Assembly (NCBI GenBank): GCA_964016885.1
Contig: OZ024744.1
Location: 40,796,001-40,860,000 of the forward strand
DNA length: 64,000 nucleotides
Source of the DNA: Eledone cirrhosa
Taxonomy: Eukaryota
Direction: 5' to 3'
The notes below the pieces were generated by a model. That model was given only the letters and a program-made list of their open reading frames with translations, made no database searches and had not been told where the DNA came from. Below are positions 23,564-35,017 of this stretch, one piece after another. The position numbers and the translations under genes were made by a program. Position 1 is the first letter of the stretch. Each line of letters opens with the position of its first letter.

Positions 23564-26500
23564 GGGAAGAAGACACACATGGTGGATAGGTCGAGAAATC
23601 GCTCCCGTAAGTTTTGATTTTTTAACATATTTAAATCAATTGTGAAATAACAATTCTTAGTACAAATGTTGCATAAAACATCCAGCTTGAGTCCCAAAAA
23701 ATTCGGATCCACAATATATTGTTATATCGCTCAAATATTCAATTTTGTATTATACATTTTATATTCAAAAAAGAAAATGGTTATAAATGGAAGAAAACCC
23801 CCTCTGTCTACACTATATAGAACAGCCAAATAACAGCAATTTCGCCAACATCAGAAACTAGATACACCACCTACCCCATCACCCCTCTGTGTACACTAAA
23901 CACAACAGCCAGATAACGGCAATTTCACCACCACCACCACCAATCTCAGCATAATAATAATAATTACTATTACTATTGCCTCAAGTTTTAGTTTTAACAA
24001 AATGTTTAATTCCAATATTAAGAAAAATATGTCAACACATATACGCGACTAACGATAATTTCACTAAAGATAATTTCACCACCAATACCACCACCACTAC
24101 CACGATGAAAACTCTGGTCAAGTCGACTCAAATTTCTACTCCAACTTCAACACCATCACTACAGTAATACGACCACATCATCACCACCACCACTGCCTCA
24201 TTATCGCTACCGACGCTACTCTCTCCCACTACCTCTTGCTAGTTGCTGCTGGCACAGCACCGCCACCACCACCGCCGCCGCTGCCTCAATATCACTACCG
24301 CCGCTATTCTCTCCCGCTACCTCCTGCTACATTGTAGAATTCTCACTAAAAGAGGAAAACATCAAAATATATAAATAGACTGAATTGATGACCCGGTCAA
24401 AATAAAAAAAAAAACAATAATCAAAATCAAGTTTTAGTTTTAACAAAATGTTTAATTCCAATATTAAGAAAAATATGTCAACACATATACGCGACTAATG
24501 ATAATTTTACTAAAGATAATTTCACCACCGGTGCCACCACCACTGCCACGATGAAAACTCTGGTCAAGTCGACTCAAATTTCTACTCCATCTTCAACACC
24601 ATCGCTACAGTAATACGACCACATCACCACCACCGCTGCCTCACTATCGCTACCGCCGCTATTCTCTCCCAATACCTCCTGCTAGTTGCTGCTGGCACAG
24701 CACCGCCATGCCGCTGCCTCATTGTCACTACCGCCGCTATTCTCTCCCGCTAGCCCCTGATACATTGTAGAATTCTCACTAAAAGAGGAAGGCACCAAAA
24801 TATATAAATAGACTGAATTGATGACCCGGTCAAAATCAAAAAAAAAACAAAGATCAAAATCAAAGCAGCTCAGCAACAACGAAAAACTTAAAGGAAATAA
24901 AAATGAAGAGAAAAACAAACGGACAGACAGAGAAGGGAAGGGAAAAACTAAGTCAGACATTCAAACACTACATTACAATGAAACTTATGCTTATTCATTT
25001 TTGGGGTTTTTTCTGATTGTTTGTTTGTTTGTTTATTTGGGTTCGTCTACAGCGTGATAATGCCACACAAAAGTCACGTGGAGTGACGAAACCACCGGAG
25101 ACAAATAATTCACCGGTGGTTATGTAACCATACATTCACCAATCCTCGATAAGAGTGTTTAAATGTCGAACCTAAACAGTTCGAATAACGGTGAAATGGA
25201 GACTAGAATGTCATGTGACAGACTCTCACCCAACAGGTGCTCCCTGGTTCAGCAGCAGGGACCTGGCTGTCAACCAAATACGGCTGGTGTCGGAGGAAGA
25301 AGAAGAAAAGGGACCAGAACCAACTGGACGAAATAATTGAATAGAACTGTCATGCAATGTTACCTGAAGAGTAACCCCAAGGAGAAAGGCTATAGGAAAA
25401 GGATACATAACATCTGGAACGAGATTGGTCCATTTAAATTAGATGAACAAAAACTGGCCGGCAGGCTGGGGTAATAAGAACTAATGGGTGGATAAGCGAG
25501 CTGGTACTGGAGGAACTGAGTACAGAGATTAGCTTGGAGATGGAGGGTGGAGTATGCCAGGCAAACGAGCCAGTGGGAAATGAAGGTGAAGAGGTCGAGA
25601 GAACGGAGGAACCACCCGAAACAGACAATGATCTGAATGCTGAGATAAATAATACCTGGAACAGAGATACGGCCACTGAGGAGATGAATGCTGACGGGCT
25701 AGGACAAGATTTGGTTGATATCCTAAACTTAGTGGTAGATGAAATGAACAATGATAGTGGGAAACCTATGAACCTAAGATTTGTAGACAGGAAAAAGTTA
25801 AAAGAAACAACAGCTAATGTAAACAAAGTCATCCCATACCTTGAGGCGAGGAGCCTTCACCAGTACAACAATATCCTCAAAGCAACAGCAAATGCGGTGA
25901 GGAAACTACTTGGTATAAAAGCGAAAGGTAACAACAGACAAGAAAGAGCAGAGCCTTGGTGGAAGAAACGACTGAGTGGTCAAATCAGGGAAATGAGAAA
26001 TGACATTGGAAAGCTTGAGTCCCTACTGAATGGGACACTAAAAAACATAGACACTAAAAATAGACTGGAAATAAAGTACAAAACTAGGAGGAAAAAGCTA
26101 AATATTATCATAGAGGAACTGAAGCAACGCATTGTAGCAAAGAGTGCAAAAATCAGGCGATACAAGAACAGAGTCAGCCAGTATAGACAGAACCGCATGT
26201 TCGACAACAACCAGAAGATGCTCTTTGGACAGCTTGAAGGGAAAGAAAGAGACAACGACTTGATCCCTGAGGCCGAACAAACTAAAACATTCTGGAGAGG
26301 AATATGGGAGCAGGATGTTAAACATAATGACCAGGCAGTGTGGATTGAGACAATACAGAAGGAGATCAGTGAACAGGCACACCAACAAACTGATTTGAGT
26401 ATCACAGTTGAAACTCTTAAGGGGCAGGCCAAAAAACTAACCAACTGGAAATCACCTGGCCCAAATGGTGTGCAGGGGTATTGGATTAAAAACATAACAT

Positions 26501-28655
26501 CCCTCCACCCGAAACTGACAACCATGTTCAATGACTGCTTGATGTCAGGTGAGGTACCAGAGTGGTTGACAAAAGGTACCACAGTTCTGATAATGAAAGA
26601 CCGAATCAAGGGTAATGATGTTACCAACTATAGACCTATCACATGTCTGTCCGTAATGTGGAAACTGTTGACAAGCATTATGTCTGAGGAAATCTACCAT
26701 CACCTCCACACAAACAACTTGTTACCGGACGAACAGAAAGGATGCCGAAAGAAGTCACGTGGTACAAAGGACCAGTTACTTATTGATAAAATGGTAATTA
26801 GGAATTGCAAGAGGAGACACACTGGTCTTGCCATGGGATGGATAGACTACAAAAAGGCATTTGACATGGTGCCTCATTCTTGAATCACCAAAAGCCTGGA
26901 GATCTTCAAGGTGGCAGATAATATCAGACAGTTGTTGGGCAAAAGTATGAAGTCCTGGGAAACAGAGTTAACATCAACTGGAGAATCCTTGGGAAGCGTG
27001 AAGATCAAGAGAGGTATCTTCCAGGGAGATAGTCTGTCCCCTCTGTTGTTTGTCCTTGCCCTGATGCCCCTGACCAGTGTACTGCGAAAAGTGAGAGCAG
27101 GATACAGGTTGGGAAAGGGAGGGCTTACCATCAATCACCTCCTCTTCATGGACGATCTTAAGCTCTTCGGGAAGAGTGAGAAGGAGTTGGATGTGCTTGT
27201 TGACACTCCGTATTTTCAGCAATGATATATGTATGCAATTTGGTATTAGTAACTGTGGAGTCATTGTGATGAGGAGGGGTAGGTTGAGCAGAAGTAACAG
27301 AATCCAGATACCAACAGGTGAGATGATAAAGGAAATTGACTCTGAGGAAGGATACAAGTATTTGGGCGTTCTGGAGGCTGTTGACATCAAGAACAAAATA
27401 ATGAAGGAATTGATAAGAACTGAATACCTTCGGAGAATAAGGAGCATATTAAAGTCACATCTGAACAGTAGGAATGCCATAAGTGCAGTAAATTCCCGAG
27501 CTGTGTCTATTATTAGGTACAGTGTGGGAATTCTGAGATGGAATGTTGCTGAACAAAAAGAAATGGATAGGAAGACTAGGAAGCTATTGACTATCTACAA
27601 CATGTTCCACAAGAGGAATGATGTCGATAGACTCTACTTAAGGAGATCTGAAGGTGGAAGAGGTCTTATCAGCATAGAGGACTGTGTTCAGATGGAGAAA
27701 AACAACCTACACAAATACGTGACTGATGGTAAGGAGCCAATGCTCAGAACTGTACTGAAGGAGGGGGACAATAGACCAGGGATGTCCAAGGAGGAAATAA
27801 CATCAAGGAGAAAGAGCAGCCTTCAGGAAAAATCCCTTCATAGTACCTTCTTTGAGAAAACTGAATTTAGAGATCCACAGACATGGAACTGGTTGAAAAG
27901 AGGAGACCTTAAAAAGGCTACAGAAGGAATATTAATGGCTGCGCAGGAGTAGGCCCTCAAAACGAAGTGGTTGAAACACCACATTTACAAGGAGGAGGCT
28001 AGCCCACTGTGCAGGATCTGTGGAGAGAGACAGGAGACTGTGGCTCACATTGTATCCGAGTGTAAACACCTAGCCCAGACTCACTATAAGGGCTGGAGTC
28101 ATGATGAGATGGGCAGGGTGACCCACTGGCACCTATGCAAAGTAAACAATTTACCACATTCTGAGAAATGGTATGAGCATAAGCCAGAGTCGGTGATAGA
28201 AAACGATCAGGTGAAGGTGCTGTGGGATTTTAGGATACAGACGGACAAGAAACTGGAACACAATAGACCTGACCTGGTGGTTTTGGACAAAGAAAAAAGA
28301 TTGTGCCTGATTGTGGATGTGGCCTGCCCATTCGACACGAGACTGCCAGAGAAGGAGAGGGAGAAAATTAACCGATACCAGGACTTAAAGTGGGAGGTAA
28401 AAAGGATTTGGAACTGCCATGAAGTCAAAGTGATCCCGATTGTCATAGGCGCACTAGGGACTATCTCAAAAAGTTTCCAGGGATGGTTAAAGAAAATTGG
28501 CCCCTTCACGCTTTTTGGAACGCTTCAAAAGGCATGCTTGCTGGGAACAGCAAGAACCCTCCGATACGTCCTGAATATCTGAGGCTGCAGGTAGTGGCTT
28601 GATATTCATTTCAACAAACTTTCCAGTTAACTAACATCAATGACTGAGACTCAAA
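23563..28655 (+). mobile_element. Full-length but disrupted R4/Dong family A element
   Basis: ORF pieces 25534-26883, 26911-27225, 27176-27952, 27971-28582. Followed by (GAA)n. Confidence 0.9.
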
Positions 28656-28656
28656 A

Positions 28657-28703
28657 AAGAAGAAGAAGAAGAAGAAGAAGAAGAAGAAGAAGAAGAAGAA
28701 GAA

Positions 28704-28735
<32 letters not shown>

Positions 28736-28772
28736 AGAAGAACGAGGAGGAGGAGGATAAGAAGAAGAAGAA
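28657..28772 (+). repeat. (GAA)n microsatellite
   Basis: Direct reading. Confidence 0.95.
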
Positions 28773-29014
28773 CTACATTTTGATTCGCAGTGCATTGTGT
28801 ATCTTAGTTATATTTCAAATCACTTGCAACGTCCCATATTTTATTAAAACAAACAACAAAACCTATATACTTGTCCAGGCTTTTCTACATCATATTATTA
28901 TTAATTATTATTATTGAAATTATTTGAGTGACTTTATCCTTGTATTGTTTCCAATGTCCTGGGCCATTGTGGCCAATAAAACAAATTATTAATATTATTA
29001 CTATTAGCAGTAAA

Positions 29015-29445
29015 TTGGCAGTATCAGTAGAGTACCAGACACCATACTTAGTGGCATATACATATGACCCTTTACATTCTAAGTGCAAATCCCACCGAGG
29101 TTAGCTTTGCCTTTCATCCTTACGGAGTCTATAAAATAAAGTACCAGTCACACATTGGGGTGGGATTAATTGACTTTCAACTCCCCAAAAACTTATTGGC
29201 CTTGTGCCTTAATCAGAAAACGCTATAATCATTATTATTGGATTGGCAGAATTGGTAGGGCATGCTTTGCAGCATCAGGTTATGACCCTTTACATTCTGA
29301 GTTCAAATCCTGCCGAGGCTGGCTTTGCTATTCATCCTTACGGGGGTCTATAAAATAATGTACCAGCAATTCACTAGCGTGGAATTAATCGACTTTCGCC
29401 TCCTCCAAAATTATTGGCCTTGTGCCTTAATCAGAAAACATTATC
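29015..29445 (+). mobile_element. Two tandem Nin/Deu-domain tRNA-SINEs
   Basis: tggcag..t.ggtag heads, gagttcaaatcc, ttcatccttacgg.gtctataaaataa.gtacc in both copies. Confidence 0.8.
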
Positions 29446-29457
29446 ATTTTTATTATT

Positions 29458-29993
29458 CTTTGAGTCTCAGTCATTGATGTTAGTTAACTGGAAAGTTTGT
29501 TGAAATGAATATCAAGTTGCTACCTGCAGCCTCAGACATTCAGGACGTATCGGAGGGTTCTTGCTGTTCCCAGCAAGCATGCCTTTTGAAGTGCTCCAAA
29601 AAGCGGGGCTGGACTAATCTTCTTTAACCATCCTTGGAAACTCTTTGAGATAGTACCTAGTGCACCTATGACAATCGGGACGACTTTGACTTCATGGCAG
29701 TTCCAAATCCTTTTTACCTCCCACTTTAAGACCTGGTATCAGTTAATTTTCTCCCTTTCCTTTTCTTGCACTCTCGTGTCAAATGGGCAGGCTACATCTA
29801 CAATCAGGCACGATCTTTTTTCCTTGTCCAAAACCACCAGGTCAGGCCTATTGTGTTCCAGTTTCTTGTCCATCCACATCCTAAAATCCCATAGCACCTT
29901 CACCTGATCATTTTCTATCACCGACTCTGGCTTATGCTCATACCACTTCTCAGAATGTGGTAAATTGTTTACTTTGCATAGGTGCCAGTGGAT
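29458..29993 (-). mobile_element. 5'-truncated R4/Dong family A copy, opposite orientation
   Basis: Inverse of the family A 3' end, flanked by (TTA)n. Confidence 0.9.
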
Positions 29994-30393
29994 CCATTAT
30001 TATTATTATTATTATTATTATTAATTAGTGGCTTTTTACCTGGAAGTATACTGCACACACCAGCATGAATATATATTGATTCTGTTTTTCAACTTAAATC
30101 TGTCAGACATACCATTTCCAAATGAAATTTCTCTTTGTGTTAATTTATTCGATAGAATCTGGTCAGATTTTACATTTATTGATTATTTTCGATCTCCTGG
30201 GCTGCAGAAGATTGTACAAACATATTGAGCTTCAAATTTCCTTGGCATATCTCATCCAAGTTTGATCTCTAGACTTGTTACACTTGTTTGTATATATATC
30301 ATCATCATCATCGTTTAATATCCATCTTCCACACTGACATTCTGATTCAACCTGGAATAACTTATATATATATATATACAGTATATATATATT

Positions 30394-30426
<33 letters not shown>

Positions 30427-30548
30427 TACACACACACATACACACACATATATATATATATATACACACACAAACAAACACATATTAATATATATAAATC
30501 AAGATAGAACCACTTTGAAACTAGTTATATATATATATATATTTATAT

Positions 30549-30581
<33 letters not shown>

Positions 30582-30846
30582 GCGGCGATGAATTAGTTTT
30601 GCGAGGTTTTTTATATGAAATCGTGTGTCGAAACAGATATTGTTATATTTGGGGAGGGTCATATTTGCGTAATATTGCCAGAATTAATAACAGAACACAC
30701 TCACTGTTTGGTTGGTTTTCGCTTCTCGCTGTCTTTTATATATATATATCTGCGATCTAACTTACTCGGTCCTCAATGTTGCCATTGACTGACCGGCGGT
30801 CAAAAATAATACAGATACAATATAGACAAACACATATATATATAGT

Positions 30847-30889
30847 TTACATAAATCTTTCGTTGCACATCTGCAACATCGTCAGTGGT
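30847..30889 (-). ncRNA. Hammerhead ribozyme motif in 3' pLTR
   Basis: cca-CTGACGA-t-gttgca-gatg-tgcaac-GAAA-gattta-tg. 6-bp stem II; stems I/III weak. Confidence 0.6.
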
Positions 30890-31157
30890 GTTATATTCAT
30901 TGTTCCTCCTGTTGTGTTGTATGTCTACGCCATTTTTTTTGTTCAGTCTGTCTATATATTTATTTATTTATTTGCTTGTTTGTTTATCTTATTTTATTTT
31001 GTCTTCTTTGCGCATGCGTTTGCGTGTGTGTATAGTGTTATGTGTGATGTGTGACTAGTGTGTATCGTGTTGTGTCTGCTGGGTGACTAGTGTGTGTTTA
31101 TGTGCTTGTGTATGTATTTATTTATCTTATTTTATTTAATTTAATTTACTTATTTAT

Positions 31158-34100
31158 TTATACTTCTCTTAGGTCAGTGTTGTTTGTTTGGGTGTTGTTG
31201 TTGTTCCACTCATTCTTTCTGTTTAGCTTTGGTTTTCTAATTTCTATTTCACTGGCCTCTCTGATTTGCCTATCTGCTGGGTCATTCCTATGTTTAGATA
31301 TTATTCTAATTTCTATGTTGTCTATGTTACCGTCATGATGTTGTCTAGCATGTTCGTATAGTACTGACCCGTTTTTTCGTCCTTTTAGTTCCCCCCAGTG
31401 TTGGTCTATCCTTTCACCTATGCTACGAGCTGTCTCACCTATGTATGTTGTTGTCGTGTTTCTGCAAGTACCCTCTGTACATCTTATGCTATAGACTACG
31501 TTTCTAGTTTTACAGTTTATCCGGGGGTTCACCTTACATATGATACATTTCCTATTGGTACAGTGGGTTTTCTTAAAAGGGTAGGTTTTGCTGATCAGGG
31601 ATTTTATGGTGGTTCCTGGCTTTTCTACCACCTTTATTTTTAAGTGGGTCTTTCTCAGGGCCTTTCTACACTGGTTAGCTAATTTCCCTCCAGGGGTGGC
31701 GTCCACAAACATGACACTCTGATATCTCTGGTTGTCGTACCATGATGTGGCCTTCCCTATCTTATGTCTAGCCCTATCTAAGCTATTCCATGATTTGCTC
31801 CTGTATAGTGGGCAAATTCCTTTCATGTCCAGTTCTGTGAGGGTCTTATACTTTTCCATGGCTCCTTCGTATACTCTGACTCTGTCTCTTTGGTTGTAGC
31901 CAGAGAACTGCATGCGGTTGATGAAGTGTTGGATGTGTCCTTCCATTTCTGTTGGGTCGCACATGCTGGACACATTCTTCATCACTCGTACCAAATCTGC
32001 GATCAGAATATTAAACTTAGCACTACTGGACATTGCTGAGTTTTTGAGTATCAGGTATTTGGAGGCCATGGGTTTAGCATAGTGTGAGTGGAGAATTTGG
32101 GCTCTCTCGTCTATAGTGTTAATCCAGAGTTCTGTGTCTAATACAGGTAGTCTATTGTTAGGGTGTTTGGAAGGGAAGTCTATAGTTACAGTTATACTCT
32201 GGTGTATGGAATTAGCTATCTGCTGGATGCTTTCCATCGTGCTACGTTCTAAATCAAACTTGTTAGTGCTCTCTAGTGGGGGTGTTCTTATAACTATATT
32301 GATATCGTCTACATAACGAGAGTACATGATGAGGTCTATGGAGCTTTCATTAAGGAGATCTTTAAGTCTCCTTTCCCACCATACCATGAAAAGGTTGGCA
32401 ACATCGCCAGCTATGCTGACGCCGATGGCTGCTCCCTCATTTTGGGTGTAGATTTTCTCATTGAACTTAAATATGTGGCCCTTTAGGGTAGTTTTGATAC
32501 TAGCCCCTATTGCATGTGCGACCATTTTTCTTACCTGATCAGTGTTTTGGGGGGTCCGTATAGCTTTGGTCCACCCAATCCACCTTCCTATGGGAGTCTT
32601 TTTAGCCATTGAGGTTATGGTGGGGGGTCTACCTCTTATAGGTCTACTAGGGCAGAAACATCTAAGGTCATGGCTGTCTAGGTAGTCAGTGTCGTAGGTA
32701 AGTCTAAGTAGGAGGCCTAGTTCGTCTGTGTCGACGTCGCAGAACTCCACCTCACTCTCAATGATCATCTCCACACATCTTTTCACAGCAAAATCAATGT
32801 TAATGGATGGGTACAGTGACACCACATCCATGCTGCCTATTATGCAGTTGGATAGGCTCCTGTTTTTGTTGCACTCACTGATTCTGCTGAGGAGGTCCTC
32901 TGTACTTTCACATACATCTGGGGACATCTTGATTATGGGGCGTATAACCATTGAGAGGAAGTAGGAGATCCTGTAGTTGCTAGCTATATTAGCTCCGCAT
33001 ACAGGTCTTGTTGGTGGTCCTATTGTCGGGTCGTCGACTGTCTTGTGGTCTTTGCGGAGCCCATACAAGGGTGGTATGCCATTGTTAGACGCCTGGAAGT
33101 TGTTGGCAGTGCGTCTGCTTGGCTTTAGGATGTCAGTCCACATCATCATGTGAGCGTTGAGGATTTTTTCTCTCCCATCGTGTGTTAGTTGTGCAACTTC
33201 GCTCGTGTTGGTGATGTGGGGTTGCATTGCCTCGATGTAGTTCGGCATGCTATCTATTGACATCCTACCAGACTTATCTGTGGGTAGACACACTACCTCA
33301 CCATCCCTTGTGCGCTGCTTGAGGCTAACCAAGCCTTCTACAGGTTTTATCCCAAGTTGTTGGGCCTCTGGTCTGCTCTGTCTCATAGTGTACCTGTCTA
33401 CTACTTGTCTAATCTTATTTCTAGCTATGGTGAACTGTGCCTCCGTCTCGTCATCTATTTGTTGTGGTATGCAAACTCTTTTATTAAAGGGTAACCTCGT
33501 AGGATAGATATTACCCATCTTATATGTTTTGTCAGCTGGGTTGAAAAATAGTTTCTCTAAGGGGTTGTCGTTATTTCTATCGTCATAGTTGTGTGTGTTG
33601 CTATTATTGTTATCATGGTGGTTGTTGTTGTTTCTATCCTTAGCATTAATATTATTATTGTTATGATTGCTAGATGTATTGTTGTTTACTTCACCGTTAT
33701 TGTTGTTGTTGTTACTGCTATTTCTACCATTGTGGTTGTTACTATTATTATGTTTCTTGTTTTTGTTGATGTTGCTACATGTACTATTTCCATTATTACC
33801 ACTGTGGTTATTGTTGTTGTTGTTGTTCGTATTGTTACCGTTATTACTACTGTGGTCACTGTTGCTGTGTCTGTGGTTAACGTTTCTATTATTATTATTA
33901 TTGTGGTTGTTGTTGTTCTGTCTATCGCTAGTATTATTACCATTATCACTATTTCTCACTTTCCTGCCATTGTTATGGTTATGGCTGTTATTTCTATACC
34001 CAGAGTTATTGTTTATATTACTACTACCGTTATTATTGTTGTTGTTGTTTACCTTTGCATTCCAACGTATTTTTGTGAAACACTTTTCCAGCTCCGTTTT

Positions 34101-34790
34101 GCATTCCATAGGATTAATCTTTTTGTAGATGGCAAATTTTGGTGGTAACTTTAGGATTTGTTGTTCTTGTTCACTGATTAAAGTGTTCCCATAGATATTT
34201 ACTGTGTGGTCATTGGTAAATTCTTCCGGTAGTTTTACATCACTCATACGGATGTTGTCGATGTTATCTGGGTATTTTTGAGAATATTCGATTTTCCTTT
34301 CTTGTAGTTTTTTCTTATTCATCCATTCTAATTTCTTCTTGAAATGCCTACAGCATTCGTTTTGAGCATATTTCGTTTCGCGTCGGATGACGCTCATGAA
34401 GTCATCTCTCTCGTTTGCTGTGATGAGATTTCGGATTTCCTTACCGTTGATGCGTTTTTGTCTGTAGAGTGCGTTGACTTTTGTGTATGTTGTTCTTTTC
34501 ATATTAACTGTTATTGTGTGTTTTAGCCGTTCAGCTTGTGTTTTGTTCAATAATAAATTATTTACTTGTTTTGATATGTTTGTTGTGTATGTTTTGGAGG
34601 AAACACAGTGTTTTAAGAAGCGGATTTGTTCTGTTGTTATTGTAGTTTTTATATAACAGAAAACAGTGTCTTTCAATAACCTTTCAGCTTGGCACAAGCT
34701 AATGCCATAGCGGCGATGAATTAGTTTTGCGAGGTTTTTTATATGAAATCGTGTGTCGAAACAGATATTGTTATATTTGGGGAGGGTCAT
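31158..34790 (-). CDS. Penelope-like (Neptune-type) RT + Cys linker + GIY-YIG endonuclease, 1210 aa, intact, with Asn-rich insert
   Basis: TDKSG, GLRKDHK, SMDVVSLYPS, GAAIG, RYVDD, LPVLD, YAKPMAS, CxxxxCxxC, VVYSIRC..YIGET. Confidence 0.93.
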   Translation of the reverse strand: MTLPKYNNICFDTRFHIKNLAKLIHRRYGISLCQAERLLKDTVFCYIKTTITTEQIRFLKHCVSSKTYTTNISKQVNNLLLNKTQAERLKHTITVNMKRTTYTKVNALYRQKRINGKEIRNLITANERDDFMSVIRRETKYAQNECCRHFKKKLEWMNKKKLQERKIEYSQKYPDNIDNIRMSDVKLPEEFTNDHTVNIYGNTLISEQEQQILKLPPKFAIYKKINPMECKTELEKCFTKIRWNAKVNNNNNNNGSSNINNNSGYRNNSHNHNNGRKVRNSDNGNNTSDRQNNNNHNNNNNRNVNHRHSNSDHSSNNGNNTNNNNNNNHSGNNGNSTCSNINKNKKHNNSNNHNGRNSSNNNNNNGEVNNNTSSNHNNNNINAKDRNNNNHHDNNNSNTHNYDDRNNDNPLEKLFFNPADKTYKMGNIYPTRLPFNKRVCIPQQIDDETEAQFTIARNKIRQVVDRYTMRQSRPEAQQLGIKPVEGLVSLKQRTRDGEVVCLPTDKSGRMSIDSMPNYIEAMQPHITNTSEVAQLTHDGREKILNAHMMMWTDILKPSRRTANNFQASNNGIPPLYGLRKDHKTVDDPTIGPPTRPVCGANIASNYRISYFLSMVIRPIIKMSPDVCESTEDLLSRISECNKNRSLSNCIIGSMDVVSLYPSINIDFAVKRCVEMIIESEVEFCDVDTDELGLLLRLTYDTDYLDSHDLRCFCPSRPIRGRPPTITSMAKKTPIGRWIGWTKAIRTPQNTDQVRKMVAHAIGASIKTTLKGHIFKFNEKIYTQNEGAAIGVSIAGDVANLFMVWWERRLKDLLNESSIDLIMYSRYVDDINIVIRTPPLESTNKFDLERSTMESIQQIANSIHQSITVTIDFPSKHPNNRLPVLDTELWINTIDERAQILHSHYAKPMASKYLILKNSAMSSSAKFNILIADLVRVMKNVSSMCDPTEMEGHIQHFINRMQFSGYNQRDRVRVYEGAMEKYKTLTELDMKGICPLYRSKSWNSLDRARHKIGKATSWYDNQRYQSVMFVDATPGGKLANQCRKALRKTHLKIKVVEKPGTTIKSLISKTYPFKKTHCTNRKCIICKVNPRINCKTRNVVYSIRCTEGTCRNTTTTYIGETARSIGERIDQHWGELKGRKNGSVLYEHARQHHDGNIDNIEIRIISKHRNDPADRQIREASEIEIRKPKLNRKNEWNNNNTQTNNTDLREV

Positions 34791-34824
34791 ATTTGCGTAA
34801 TATTGCCAGAATTAATAACAGAAC

Positions 34825-34876
34825 ACACTCACTGTTTGGTTGGTTTTCGCTTCTCGCTGTCTTTTATATATATATA
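34825..34876 (-). promoter_or_regulatory. Candidate TATA box and initiator in pLTR upstream of the PLE ORF
   Basis: Minus strand TATATAAAAG, then ~30 nt later aCAGTg. ATG follows ~40 nt further. Confidence 0.4.
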
Positions 34877-34974
34877 TCTGCGATCTAACTTACTCGGTCC
34901 TCAATGTTGCCATTGACTGACCGGCGGTCAAAAATAATACAGATACAATATAGACAAACACATATATATATAGT

Positions 34975-35017
34975 TTACATAAATCTTTCGTTGCACATCT
35001 GCAACATCGTCAGTGGT
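34975..35017 (-). ncRNA. Hammerhead ribozyme motif in 5' pLTR (identical copy)
   Basis: Same sequence as 30847-30889. Confidence 0.6.

Noticed and set aside
25112-25200. HDV-like ribozyme just upstream of the Dong ATG (ttcacc..tcctcg..tcgaac/gttcga..ataac-ggtgaa; also ~19983 and ~10025)
   Set aside because: P2, L3 and P4-like parts are present, but P3/P1 do not pair and the catalytic C position reads A. At most a relic.
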